In this document: positions 28,748 to 41,517 of the stretch, in pieces
Numbering within the stretch: position 1 is the first letter of the stretch
Layout of the letters: each line of letters begins with the position of its first letter
Assembly (NCBI GenBank): GCA_035559435.1
Contig: DATMBC010000017.1
Span: 11,848-75,847 of the forward strand
Reading direction: 5' to 3'
DNA: 64,000 bases
Source of the DNA: a bacterium
GTDB lineage: Bacteria > Zixibacteria > MSB-5A5 > WJJR01
Notes under the pieces: generated by a model
Databases searched by the model: none
Seen by the model: the letters and a program-made list of their open reading frames with translations, nothing else
What the model was told of the DNA's origin: nothing
Made by a program: the position numbers and the translations under genes

Positions 28748-31690
28748 ATGAAGACTCACCGTGTCCTCTTTCCGCTGGCGGCGCTCCTGATGATCGGGGC
28801 CGCCGCCACGCCCGTGCGGGCCGGTCTGCGCTACATGGAGACCGCCCACCTGCGGCTGGTGTACGTCGATGGCCTCCACTCGTTTCTCGCCCCACACGCG
28901 GTCCGTTGCTTCGAGAATTCCTACAACTTCCACGTGAACCTCTGGGGCCACGAACTGGACGGGAAGACCAATGTCTTCCTGCACGATCTCGGCGATCAGG
29001 CCAACGGCGGGGCCAAGAACATCCCGCGCAACATGATCATCGCCGCCATCGCGCCGTTCAACTACGCCTACGAGACGATGCCCGCCAACGAGCGCATCAA
29101 CACCATCATGAATCACGAGGTGGCGCACCTCTACACGATGGACCGTCCCGGCGCCTGGGACCGCTTCTTCCGCGCCGTCTTCTTCGGCAAGCCGGAGCCG
29201 ATCGCCGAGCAGCCGGTCACCATCCTGTACGACTATCTCACCTCACCGCGGCGCTCGGCGCCGCGCTGGTACCAGGAAGGCATCGCGGTCTTCCTCGAAA
29301 CATGGATGGCGGGCGGGTATGGCCGCGCGTTGGGTTCCTACGATGAAATGGTCTTCCGGACCATGGTCCATGACGGCGCGCGCTTCTACGACCCCGTTGG
29401 CCTTGAGTCGGAGGCCACGCGGAAGGATTTCCACGTCGGCGTCAATTCGTACCTCTACGGCACCCGCTTCATGAGCTACCTGGCGTTGCAGCACGGTCCG
29501 GAGAAGGTGATGGAGTGGGTCAATCGCGCCGCGGGCAGCCGGGCCTACTTCATGGCGCAATTCCGCCGGGTCTTCGGCCAGTCGCTCGACGATGCCTGGC
29601 GCGACTGGATCGCCTATGAACGGGATTTCCAGGCGGCCAATCTGGCGCGGGTGCGCGAATACCCGGTGACGCCCCACCGCGATCTCTCCGACATGGCGCT
29701 GGGCTCGATGTCGCGCGCCTTTCTCGATCCCGCCTCGCGGACCTTGTACGCGGCGGTCAACTACCCGGGACGCATCGCCCACATCGCCGCGATCAACATC
29801 GACGACGGAAAAAGCGAACGGCTCTGCGATGTCAAGGGCGCCTCGCTCTACTACGCCAGCTCGACCGCTTACGACCCCCGGTCGCACACGCTCTTCTACA
29901 CCGCGGACAACTACGGCTGGCGCGACCTGTGCGCCGTCAACACGCAGACCCGCGAACGCCAAACCCTGATGAAGGACGCCCGCATCGGCGACCTGGCCTT
30001 CAACCGCGTCGACAGCTCGCTGTGGGGGGTGCGTCATTTCAACGGCATGTCGACGGTGGTGCGCATCCCGTTTCCCTACCGCGAATGGAAGACGGTCTAC
30101 GCCTGGCCTTACGGGCGGGACATCTATGACCTGGATATCTCGCCCGATGGACGGCTGCTCGCCGCGTCGCTGGCCTATGTCTCAGGGCGGCAGACGCTGA
30201 TCCTGATGCGCACCGATTCCCTGCTGGCCGGCGACACGTCGCACGTCGAGCTGTACGACTTCCACAACACCATCCCGCAGAGTTTCATCTTTTCGGAGGA
30301 TGGCCGCTATCTCTACGGATCCTCGTACTTCACCGGCGTGTCGAACGTCTTCCGTTACGATCTGAAAGTCGACTCGATGGATGCCATGTCCAACGCCGAG
30401 ACGGGATTCTTCCGCCCGCTGCCGGTCGGCGCCGATTCCGCCATTGTGTTCCGCTACACCGCCGCCGGGTTTGTGCCCGCGATGGTCCCGTTGCGTCCCT
30501 TGCAGGACGTGAACGCGATCGACTACTTCGGGCAACAGATTGTGGAGCGGCATCCCGTCGTGACGGAGTGGCTGGCGGGGTCGCCGGGGCGGATCGACGT
30601 GGACTCAGTGGTGATTAAACGCGGGGACTATCGCATCGCCACCAGTTGGAATCTGATGTCGCTCTATCCGGTGGTCGAGGGATTCAAGACCACGACCGCC
30701 GGCGGTCTGCGGCTCAATTTCGCCGACCATCTTGGACTGCATCAGGCCGATCTGACGGTGTCGTATTCGCCGGAAGAAAACCTGCCGCGCGACGAACGCT
30801 GGCATGTCGGCGCGCACTACTCGTATGGCGCCTGGGACGCCCGCTTCACTTACAACAAGGCCGACTTCTACGACCTGTTCGGCCCGACCAAGACCAGCCG
30901 CCGCGGCTACTCCGGCATGCTGGAGCACTCACACTCGCTGCTCTACGACGAGCCGCGGGTGATGGACCTGACCGTCGGCGCCGCCGGGTACTGGGATCTG
31001 GAACGCCTGCCCGATTATCAAAACGTCGCCGCGGCCTTCGACGAACTCTACACCGCCTGGATCGATCTGCACTATGAGAACATGACCACGTCGCTGGGGG
31101 CGGTCGAGCAGGAAAAAGGGATCCAGTGGACGCTCTCTCCCAGCGGGGCCTATGTGAACGACGATTTCTACCCCGCGGCGGTCGGTCGTCTTGACGGTGG
31201 ATTGCCGATCTTGATTCCGCATTCGTCGCTCTGGGTGCGCACGGCCGCCGGCATGGCCCCGGACAAGAAGGACGATCCGTTTGCCAATTTCTATTTCGGC
31301 GGCTTCGGCAACAACTGGGTCGACCACGGTAAGGTGAAGCGCTACCGCGAGTGGTACAGCTTCCCCGGTCTGGCGCTCAACGAGGTCGGGGGCACCAACT
31401 TCGTGCGCGTCATGGCCGATTGGAACCTGCCGCCTCTGCGATTCCGTCGCCTCGGATTCCCGGCGCTTTACTGCGCCTGGGCGCGGGCCTCGATTTTCTC
31501 CTCGGCGCTGGTCACCAATCTTGACGTCTCCGACGCGCGCGTCGAGGTCGGCAACATCGGCGCGCAGCTGGACCTGCAATTCCAACTGCTGTCGCAGTTG
31601 AAACTGACCTTCTCTGTCGGCTACGCCCGCGCTTACCGCAAGGACCGGCGCGGATCAGATGAGACGATGGTCTCGCTGAAGGTCCTATGA
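28748..31690 (+). CDS. Secreted 980-aa protein: N-terminal HExxH (putative zinc-metallopeptidase-like) region, central beta-propeller-like region, C-terminal beta-barrel-like region
   Basis: Signal peptide MKTHRVLFPLAALLMIGAAATPVRA. HEVAH at residues 123-127 with E in QEGIAVFLE about 50 residues later. DISPDGR / SEDGRYLYGSSYF propeller-like blades. C-terminal alternating amphipathic beta strands. ATGA overlap with downstream prsW. Confidence 0.55.
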   Translation: MKTHRVLFPLAALLMIGAAATPVRAGLRYMETAHLRLVYVDGLHSFLAPHAVRCFENSYNFHVNLWGHELDGKTNVFLHDLGDQANGGAKNIPRNMIIAAIAPFNYAYETMPANERINTIMNHEVAHLYTMDRPGAWDRFFRAVFFGKPEPIAEQPVTILYDYLTSPRRSAPRWYQEGIAVFLETWMAGGYGRALGSYDEMVFRTMVHDGARFYDPVGLESEATRKDFHVGVNSYLYGTRFMSYLALQHGPEKVMEWVNRAAGSRAYFMAQFRRVFGQSLDDAWRDWIAYERDFQAANLARVREYPVTPHRDLSDMALGSMSRAFLDPASRTLYAAVNYPGRIAHIAAINIDDGKSERLCDVKGASLYYASSTAYDPRSHTLFYTADNYGWRDLCAVNTQTRERQTLMKDARIGDLAFNRVDSSLWGVRHFNGMSTVVRIPFPYREWKTVYAWPYGRDIYDLDISPDGRLLAASLAYVSGRQTLILMRTDSLLAGDTSHVELYDFHNTIPQSFIFSEDGRYLYGSSYFTGVSNVFRYDLKVDSMDAMSNAETGFFRPLPVGADSAIVFRYTAAGFVPAMVPLRPLQDVNAIDYFGQQIVERHPVVTEWLAGSPGRIDVDSVVIKRGDYRIATSWNLMSLYPVVEGFKTTTAGGLRLNFADHLGLHQADLTVSYSPEENLPRDERWHVGAHYSYGAWDARFTYNKADFYDLFGPTKTSRRGYSGMLEHSHSLLYDEPRVMDLTVGAAGYWDLERLPDYQNVAAAFDELYTAWIDLHYENMTTSLGAVEQEKGIQWTLSPSGAYVNDDFYPAAVGRLDGGLPILIPHSSLWVRTAAGMAPDKKDDPFANFYFGGFGNNWVDHGKVKRYREWYSFPGLALNEVGGTNFVRVMADWNLPPLRFRRLGFPALYCAWARASIFSSALVTNLDVSDARVEVGNIGAQLDLQFQLLSQLKLTFSVGYARAYRKDRRGSDETMVSLKVL

Positions 31691-32691
31691 TCGAACTGCT
31701 CAAGACGGGTGTCAGTCTGTTGCCGGTGCTGATCTTCCTGGCGCTGCTGATCCTGCTGGACAGTTACAAACTGGTCGCCAAGCAACTGGTGGCGGCGACG
31801 ATCGTAGCCGGCGCGGCGGCGGCGGCGCTGTGCGCCCCGGTCAACGCCCTCCTGGTGCAGACTCTCCCCGGCGGCGCTGCGGTCTACTCACGCTACCTGG
31901 CGCCAATCGTCGAGGAGAGCGTCAAGACAATCCCCCTCGTCGTGCTGTTCCGCGGCAACCGTGTCGGCTTCATGGTTGACGCCGCCATCTATGGGTTCGC
32001 GGTCGGCGCGGGGTTCTCGCTGGTGGAGAATGTCTTCTATCTGTTCAGCCTCAAGAGCGCCAATGTGGTGGTGTGGATCATCCGCGGTTTCGGCACCGCC
32101 GCCATGCACGCCGCCACCATGGCGATGCTGGCGGTCATCACCAAGACCCTGATTGATCGCCGCGGCCGTCTTGTCGGGTGGGCGTTCCTCCCCGGCCTGC
32201 TGTTGGCGATCGCCACGCACTCGCTGTTTAATCACTTCATCCTCTCCCCCACCCTGTCCACCGTGCTGCTCATGGTCCTTTTGCCGCTTTTGGTCGTGCT
32301 TGTCTTTCAGCGCAGCGAGAAGGCCACCGAGGAGTGGTTGGGCGTGGGCTTTGACGCCGATCAGGATCTGATGGGTCAGTTGTCCACCGGCGAGTTTTCG
32401 CAGACGCGCATCGGACAGTACCTGCACACCCTGCAGGCGCATTTTCCACCCGCGGTGGTCGTGGATATGTTCTGCCTGTTGCGCATCCGCACCGAGCTGG
32501 CCCTGCGCGCCAAGGGCGTGGTGATGATGCGTCAGGCGGGCATCGATGTGCCCCCCGATCCCGAACTGCGGGAGAAATTCGAAGAGATGGCCTTCCTCGA
32601 ACGCAGCATCGGCAAGACCGGGATGCTGGCCATGCGTCCCTTCCTGCACACCTCCACCCGCGACCTCTGGCAGTTAACCACGATCAAGTAG
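31687..32691 (+). CDS. prsW: PrsW-family intramembrane metalloprotease (anti-sigma factor site-1 protease family)
   Basis: Polytopic membrane protein. Conserved EESVK (EExxK), FxxxH region (MHAATMAM) and HSLFNH motifs of the PrsW/CPBP-related family. Confidence 0.75.
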   Translation: MIELLKTGVSLLPVLIFLALLILLDSYKLVAKQLVAATIVAGAAAAALCAPVNALLVQTLPGGAAVYSRYLAPIVEESVKTIPLVVLFRGNRVGFMVDAAIYGFAVGAGFSLVENVFYLFSLKSANVVVWIIRGFGTAAMHAATMAMLAVITKTLIDRRGRLVGWAFLPGLLLAIATHSLFNHFILSPTLSTVLLMVLLPLLVVLVFQRSEKATEEWLGVGFDADQDLMGQLSTGEFSQTRIGQYLHTLQAHFPPAVVVDMFCLLRIRTELALRAKGVVMMRQAGIDVPPDPELREKFEEMAFLERSIGKTGMLAMRPFLHTSTRDLWQLTTIK

Positions 32692-32814
32692 AACCAGGCG
32701 GGTTTTCCACATTCTCCCGGCGCGCCACCTTTTCGCTGGTAAAGCGGAGGAAACTCGTGTATTCTCCCGGCTCGGAAAGAATGAAGTCGGCGGTCCTGCC
32801 GGTTTATCGCGACG

Positions 32815-33915
32815 ATGCGCACACGCCCTGAGTCGATCCTCGTCCTTGCGGATGGCCGCCACTTTCGCGGCCATGGATTCGGCGCCCGACGGACGGTGAT
32901 CGGCGAAGTGGTGTTCAACACCGCCATCACCGGCTACCAGGAAATCCTCACCGATCCCTCGTACTGCGGCCAGTTGGTCTGCATGACCCAACCGCACATC
33001 GGCGTCTATGGGATCAACGACGACGACATCGAAAGCCACGACCGCCGCATCTGGGCCTCGGGGCTGATCGTGCGCGAACTCTCGGAGATTGCCTCCAATC
33101 GCCGCGCGACCATGACGCTCTCCGACTACCTCGAACGGCACAACATCGCCGGGCTGACCGGGATCGACACCCGCGCGCTTACGCGGCACATCCGCGACCG
33201 CGGCGCGATGGTCGGCGCGATCGCCCCGGCCGAGGCCGCCATCGAGGACCTGCTCCCGCAGTTGGCGCAGTGGGGCACCATGGAAGGCAAGTCACTGGTG
33301 GGGGCGGTCAGTTGTGATGCGCCCTACACCATTCCCGCCCTCGGGCCCGAGCGTTTCCGCGTGGCGGCCTACGATTGCGGCGCCAAGCAGAACATCTTCC
33401 GTGAGATGGCGCGGCGCGGGATCACGGTCACGGTCTATCCCGACAACACGCCCGCGGCGACCCTGGCCGCCGGCAATCCCGACGGCTACTTTATCTCCAA
33501 TGGCCCCGGCGATCCGGCCGCCTGCGGCGACGCGGTCGCCAATGTGCGCGCGGTTTTGGGCACCCGCCCGGTCATGGGCATCTGCCTGGGCCATCAGCTG
33601 ATGGCGCTGGCGATCGGGGCGCGGACCTACAAACTCCCCTTCGGCCACCATGGCGCCAATCATCCGGTCAAGGACACCACCACCGACCGTATCGAAATCA
33701 CCTCGCAGAACCACGGCTTCGCGGTCGAGGAACACTCGCTCATCGACGCCGGCGGTGAAATCACCCACATCAATCTCAACGACGGTTCCATTGAAGGATT
33801 CGAATTGCCGGATCGCAAGGCCTTCTGTGTGCAGTACCATCCCGAGGCCGCGCCCGGCCCCCACGACGCCGGTTATCTCTTCGACCGCTTTGTCCGGTTG
33901 CTGGAGCGCGGATAG
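32815..33915 (+). CDS. carA: Carbamoyl-phosphate synthase small (glutaminase) subunit
   Basis: CPSase small-chain N-domain. Class-I GATase catalytic triad region (GICLGHQL ... H.E). Confidence 0.95.
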   Translation: MRTRPESILVLADGRHFRGHGFGARRTVIGEVVFNTAITGYQEILTDPSYCGQLVCMTQPHIGVYGINDDDIESHDRRIWASGLIVRELSEIASNRRATMTLSDYLERHNIAGLTGIDTRALTRHIRDRGAMVGAIAPAEAAIEDLLPQLAQWGTMEGKSLVGAVSCDAPYTIPALGPERFRVAAYDCGAKQNIFREMARRGITVTVYPDNTPAATLAAGNPDGYFISNGPGDPAACGDAVANVRAVLGTRPVMGICLGHQLMALAIGARTYKLPFGHHGANHPVKDTTTDRIEITSQNHGFAVEEHSLIDAGGEITHINLNDGSIEGFELPDRKAFCVQYHPEAAPGPHDAGYLFDRFVRLLERG

Positions 33916-33918
33916 CCG

Positions 33919-37200
<3,282 letters not shown>

Positions 37201-37305
37201 CAGCAGACTTCGCGATAAAAGAGCAGGCTCGGCAAAGCCTCGCCCTCCACAAGAACTTACCCGGAGGGCGATGCGCCGCGGCGGATGCCGAGCCTGCATT
37301 TTAAG

Positions 37306-37389
37306 CGGAGGGCCGGGGACTCGAACCCCGATGGGCTTTCGCCCGGCAGTTTTCAAGACTGCTGCCTTACCAGTTAGGTCTAGCCCTCC
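37306..37389 (-). tRNA. tRNA-Ser (anticodon UGA), class II with long variable arm
   Basis: Minus-strand sequence ggagggc...gcagtcTTGAaaactgc (anticodon loop cuUGAaa)...cgggcgaaagcccatc (variable arm)...ggggTTCGAGtcccc (T arm)...gccctcc g. The 7-bp acceptor stem pairs perfectly. Confidence 0.85.
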
Positions 37390-37502
37390 GGGCGATTGAC
37401 TCTCAATTATACGAATCCGGAAGCGAGGATTCCAGACAGCAAGATAAGCGCAGGCCGGGCGCCAGAGGCACACCCGAACGCGACCCGCGGGGTGCGCCTA
37501 AC

Positions 37503-38270
37503 CTACATTTGCGGAAACAGCGATTCGAGCAGACGCAGATCGTCGGGAGAATTCACGCCCAAGACTTCGCGCGGATCGGGAGCGATGTAAGCCATCACTT
37601 TGTGGCCGCCGTCGCGCAAGAAGCCGATCACGTCGGTCAGGTAGTATTCCCCCTGCGCGTTGTCGTTGTCGACACGTTCGAGGTTGGGCCAGAGCAGTTC
37701 GGAGCGGAAGGCGATCATGCCGGAATTGATTTCGCGGATGGAGCGGATGCGCTCGTCGGCGTCGCGGTGCTCGACGATGCGGTCAACGGTGCCGTCGGCG
37801 GCGCGCACGATCCGTCCATAACCGCTCGGATCGGCGACTTCGGCGGAGAGAATGGTGGCGGCGGCGTGGGCCTCGCGGTGGAGACGCAGCAGGTCGCGAA
37901 TAGTCTGCGGGCGAACGCAGGGGGCATCACCCAACAGCACCAGCACATGCCCTTGATGACCGCGCAGGAGCGGCTCGCACTGGCACAGGGCGTGCCCGGT
38001 CCCCAGACGTTCATGCTGCCAGGCGAACGCAACTCGGCCGGGCGGAAAGAGGCGCTCGACCTCCTCGCCGTGATGCCCGATCACGACAACCACACGCTTG
38101 ATGCCCGCTTCATCCAACGCATCGGTGACCCATTGCACCAGCGGGCGGCCATGAAAGGGCGCCATCACCTTGGCGTGTTCGCCGCCGAAGCGTTTGCCCA
38201 GTCCCGCGGCCAGCACGACCGCGGCGGTCGCATCGAGTGTCTGGTGAATGTCGGAATCCGCGCCGGTCAT
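37503..38270 (-). CDS. Sugar-phosphate nucleotidyltransferase resembling the N-terminal uridyltransferase domain of GlmU (no acetyltransferase domain)
   Basis: LAAGLGKRF, GTGHAL, LLGDAP and NAQGEYYLTD motifs. Start taken at the MTGADSD ATG (38270). The ORF track extends to 38309. Confidence 0.7.
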   Translation of the reverse strand: MTGADSDIHQTLDATAAVVLAAGLGKRFGGEHAKVMAPFHGRPLVQWVTDALDEAGIKRVVVVIGHHGEEVERLFPPGRVAFAWQHERLGTGHALCQCEPLLRGHQGHVLVLLGDAPCVRPQTIRDLLRLHREAHAAATILSAEVADPSGYGRIVRAADGTVDRIVEHRDADERIRSIREINSGMIAFRSELLWPNLERVDNDNAQGEYYLTDVIGFLRDGGHKVMAYIAPDPREVLGVNSPDDLRLLESLFPQM

Positions 38271-38274
38271 GGCA

Positions 38275-38619
38275 TCAGGCGGGCAGCGGGCGATTCTTCG
38301 CGTCGACATGGACGATCTTCGGCGTTACCTTCTCGGTCGCCGGATCGATGTAGGCGTAGGCCAGCACGATCACGATGTCGCCGGTCAGCCCCAGACGCGC
38401 CGCGGGGCCGTTGAGGCACATCTCCCCGGGCTTGCCCTCGATGACGTACGTCTCGAACCGCTCGCCGTTGTTGAGATTGACCACCTGCACGCGCTCGTAG
38501 ACCGAAATTCCGGTGGCACGCAGCAACTCGGGACTGATTGCGATCGAGCCCTCGTAGTTGAGGTTGGCGTCGGTGATGCGGGCGCGGTGTATCTTGGCGC
38601 GGAGAGTCGGGATCAGCAT
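38275..38619 (-). CDS. panD: Aspartate 1-decarboxylase
   Basis: MLIPTLRAKIHRARITDANLNYEGSIAI... includes the pyruvoyl-forming GS site. 114 aa. Confidence 0.95.
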   Translation of the reverse strand: MLIPTLRAKIHRARITDANLNYEGSIAISPELLRATGISVYERVQVVNLNNGERFETYVIEGKPGEMCLNGPAARLGLTGDIVIVLAYAYIDPATEKVTPKIVHVDAKNRPLPA

Positions 38620-38640
38620 GCGGTCACATCCAGACGGAGT

Positions 38641-39501
38641 TCAACGGATCAAGAGATTGTCGATATAGCGCCGGCCCAGGGCGGGTCCCTTGACGCGGCA
38701 ACGCGCCGCCACCAGGATCACCAGCGGCGGGACGGCGGTCTTTTTTGATGCCAGTGTCGCCGGGTCGCAGAAGCCGATCTGGTCGACGTCGAAACGTCCC
38801 CCGGCTTCGATCATTCCGGTCATAACCCTCGTCAGCCGCGCCACGTTGCGCCGTCCGGCGCGAATCTCCCGTCCCGCCCACAGCAGCGAGCGGTGAATCG
38901 AACGCGCGTCCTGGCGGCTGAGCGCATCAAGATACGCATTTCGCGACGACATCGCAAGGCCGCCCGGCTCGCGCACCGTCGGCGCAACCACCAGCCGCAC
39001 CGGCAGATTGAGGTCGGTCACCATGCGCCGGATCACCACGGTCTGCTGGTAATCCTTTTGCCCGAAGATCGCCACGTCCGGCCCGATGATGTAAAACAGC
39101 TTGGCCACCACCGTGGCGACGCCCTCGAAGTGCCCCGGACGCGCCGCGCCCTCCCAGAGATCGCCGATCGGGCCGACACGAATCATCGTCGCGAATCCCT
39201 CGGGGTACATTGTCTCCACCGACGGCGCAAAAATCAGATCGACCCCCGCGCGGCGGCAGACGCGCAGGTCACTTTTCCAGGTCCGGGGGTAGCTGGAGAA
39301 ATCCTCGCGCGGGCCGAATTGGGTGGGGTTGACGAAGATCGAGACCACGGTGCGATCGCAGAGCCGGCGGCAGCGGCGCACCAGCGACAGATGCCCCTCA
39401 TGCAAGGCGCCCATGGTGGGGACCAGCCCCACACGCAACCCCCGCGCCCGCCAGGCGGCCACCTGGCGGCGCACGGAAGCGATGGAGCGCGCCACGGTCA
39501 C
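38641..39501 (-). CDS. panC: Pantoate--beta-alanine ligase
   Basis: VPTMGALHEGHLSL HIGH-type motif. Start placed at the GTG (39501) next to the dcd stop, to avoid an 89-nt overlap. The track ORF runs to 39591. Confidence 0.85.
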   Translation of the reverse strand: MTVARSIASVRRQVAAWRARGLRVGLVPTMGALHEGHLSLVRRCRRLCDRTVVSIFVNPTQFGPREDFSSYPRTWKSDLRVCRRAGVDLIFAPSVETMYPEGFATMIRVGPIGDLWEGAARPGHFEGVATVVAKLFYIIGPDVAIFGQKDYQQTVVIRRMVTDLNLPVRLVVAPTVREPGGLAMSSRNAYLDALSRQDARSIHRSLLWAGREIRAGRRNVARLTRVMTGMIEAGGRFDVDQIGFCDPATLASKKTAVPPLVILVAARCRVKGPALGRRYIDNLLIR

Positions 39502-39502
39502 G

Positions 39503-40057
39503 TTAGAGTTTCGGGACAGTAATGCCCTGCTGGCCCTGATATTTCCCCTTCTTGTCGGCGTAAGAGACTTCGCAGTCCTCGTCGGACTCAAAGAAGAGCA
39601 CCTGGGCGATCCCCTCGTTGGCGTAGATGCGCGCCGGCAGGGGCGTGGTGTTGGAAATCTCGAGCGTGACGAATCCCTCCCACTCCGGCTCGAAGGGAGT
39701 CACATTGGTGATGATGCCGCAGCGGGCATAGGTCGATTTGCCGACACAGACGGTCAGCACACGGCGCGGAATGCGGAAGTATTCCACCGAGCGCGCCAGC
39801 GCAAACGAGTTGGGCGGGATCGTGCAGACATCCGCCTGAATCTCCACAAAGGCGTTGGCGTCGAACTGCTTGGGATCAACCACCGTCGTGCGCACGTTGG
39901 TGAACACCTTGAACTCATCGGCCACCCGCATGTCGTAGCCGTACGAGGAGACGCCATAGGAGATCACGCCCTGGCGGACCTGCCGGTCGGCGAAGGGTTC
40001 GATCATGCGATGCTTGAGCGCCATTTCCTTGATCCAGCTGTCCGACTTAATCGACAT
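39503..40057 (-). CDS. dcd: dCTP deaminase
   Basis: 184 aa, dUTPase-like fold. VSSYGYDMR and [13 protein letters not shown] motifs. Confidence 0.9.
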   Translation of the reverse strand: MSIKSDSWIKEMALKHRMIEPFADRQVRQGVISYGVSSYGYDMRVADEFKVFTNVRTTVVDPKQFDANAFVEIQADVCTIPPNSFALARSVEYFRIPRRVLTVCVGKSTYARCGIITNVTPFEPEWEGFVTLEISNTTPLPARIYANEGIAQVLFFESDEDCEVSYADKKGKYQGQQGITVPKL

Positions 40058-40135
40058 GCGTCTCTCCTCGTTGAGGTCACAAAGACGGCGGCCAAAGTAC
40101 GCGAAAAGTCCGCGCAGGTAAACCCCCGGATTGGG

Positions 40136-40696
40136 CTAACGAATGCCCGGCCGGTGGATCAGGTCGAGGAACTCCGAACGGGTCATCGGGCAATCCTTGA
40201 AGACTCCGAGCATGGTCGAGGTGAGCGCGACCGAGTTTTGCTTTTCCACCCCGCGCATCTGCATGCAGAGGTGCTCGGCTTCCATCACCACCGCCACGCC
40301 GAGCGGTTTGACGGCCTCGGCGATGGTGTCGGCGATCTGCTTGGTCAGCCGCTCCTGCACTTGCAGACGGCGGGCGTACATGTCGACGATGCGCGGCAGT
40401 TTGGACAGGCCGATGATCTTGTGGTCGGGGATGTAGGCGACATGGCACTTGCCGAAAAACGGAAGCAGGTGATGCTCGCAGAGACTGAAAAAGTCGATGT
40501 CGCGCACCACCACCATTTCCTTGTTCTCTTCGGTGAAGAGCGCGCCGTTGAGCAGTTCGGCCGCATCCTGACGGTAGCCGCGGGTGAGAAACCGCATCGA
40601 TTCGGCCACCCGCGACGGGGTCTTCAGAAGCCCCTCCCGACCGGGGTCCTCGCCGATCTCCTGAAGCAGGGTACGTATGGTGTCTTCCAGCGCCAT
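40136..40696 (-). CDS. folE: GTP cyclohydrolase I
   Basis: [14 protein letters not shown] and [12 protein letters not shown] motifs. 186 aa. Confidence 0.95.
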   Translation of the reverse strand: MALEDTIRTLLQEIGEDPGREGLLKTPSRVAESMRFLTRGYRQDAAELLNGALFTEENKEMVVVRDIDFFSLCEHHLLPFFGKCHVAYIPDHKIIGLSKLPRIVDMYARRLQVQERLTKQIADTIAEAVKPLGVAVVMEAEHLCMQMRGVEKQNSVALTSTMLGVFKDCPMTRSEFLDLIHRPGIR

Positions 40697-40708
40697 GTCG
40701 ATCTCCTC

Positions 40709-41107
40709 TCATTGCCCGTGGAAGGCAAATGAGTTCTTCTCGGTTTCCACCAACCGCACCGTCAGCGCCACCCCATCGGGCAGATGGGGCGCCAGCAGCC
40801 GGTGGGCGGCGACGGCGAGGTTCTCGCCGGTGGTGATGAAATCCTCGCCGAAGGTCTGATTCAGATCGCGCCGATCAAACCGCGGCGCGATGACCCGCGC
40901 CACCAGTTGATCGAGCCAACCGTGGCCCACCACCACATCGTCGGTCAGCCGCGGCGCGCGCAGTTGGAATTCCAGATGGTAGTCGTGCCCGTGACCGGCG
41001 GGATGGGCGCATTTGCCGTAGACCCGCGCGTTTTCCGCCCCGCTCAGATGCGGCGACCGCAGCGTGTGCGCCGCCGCAAAGCGATAGGTCCGCGCCAGCG
41101 TGATCAT
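40709..41107 (-). CDS. 6-carboxytetrahydropterin / 6-pyruvoyl-tetrahydropterin synthase family protein (QueD/PTPS paralog 1)
   Basis: CxxxHGH-type zinc motif (CAHPAGHGHDY) and a C-terminal EKNS... tail. Start at the ATG that overlaps the upstream paralog stop (ATGA). Confidence 0.8.
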   Translation of the reverse strand: MITLARTYRFAAAHTLRSPHLSGAENARVYGKCAHPAGHGHDYHLEFQLRAPRLTDDVVVGHGWLDQLVARVIAPRFDRRDLNQTFGEDFITTGENLAVAAHRLLAPHLPDGVALTVRLVETEKNSFAFHGQ

Positions 41108-41517
41108 GATGGCCTCCGCCGCGCGGACCACAGGTCATCGGCCTCGTAGACGCGCACCTCGTCGAGTTCGCCGACCGGCAGACGGCCATCCAGCGCGTTC
41201 CAGATGAAGTCGGCCAGCACTTCGGTGGTGGGGATGCGTCCGGCCAGCTCGGGAATGTCGATATTCAGATTGCGATGGTCGATGCGCTCAATCACGCGCT
41301 GTTGGATCAGCCGGTCGAGGTCGGTGAGGTTGATCACCATGCCGGTCTGCGGATCAACCGGTCCGCGCACCGTGACCTCGAGCGTGTAGTTGTGCCCGTG
41401 GCCATGCTCGTTGGCGCAGGCGCCGAAGACCTCGCGATTCTTCTCCGGAGTCCAGTCGGCGCGCCAGTAGCGATGCCCGGCGCAGAAACGTGCTTTGCGG
41501 GTCACGGAAACGGTCAT
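41104..41517 (-). CDS. queD: QueD/PTPS family protein (paralog 2)
   Basis: CANEHGHGHNY matches the QueD CxxxHGH signature. 137 aa. Confidence 0.8.
   Translation of the reverse strand: MTVSVTRKARFCAGHRYWRADWTPEKNREVFGACANEHGHGHNYTLEVTVRGPVDPQTGMVINLTDLDRLIQQRVIERIDHRNLNIDIPELAGRIPTTEVLADFIWNALDGRLPVGELDEVRVYEADDLWSARRRPS

Noticed and set aside
37306-37389. tRNA-Ser as an integration site for a genomic island
   Set aside because: No integrase, direct repeat of the tRNA 3' end, or compositional shift was seen on either side. The flanks are housekeeping (carB; panCD).
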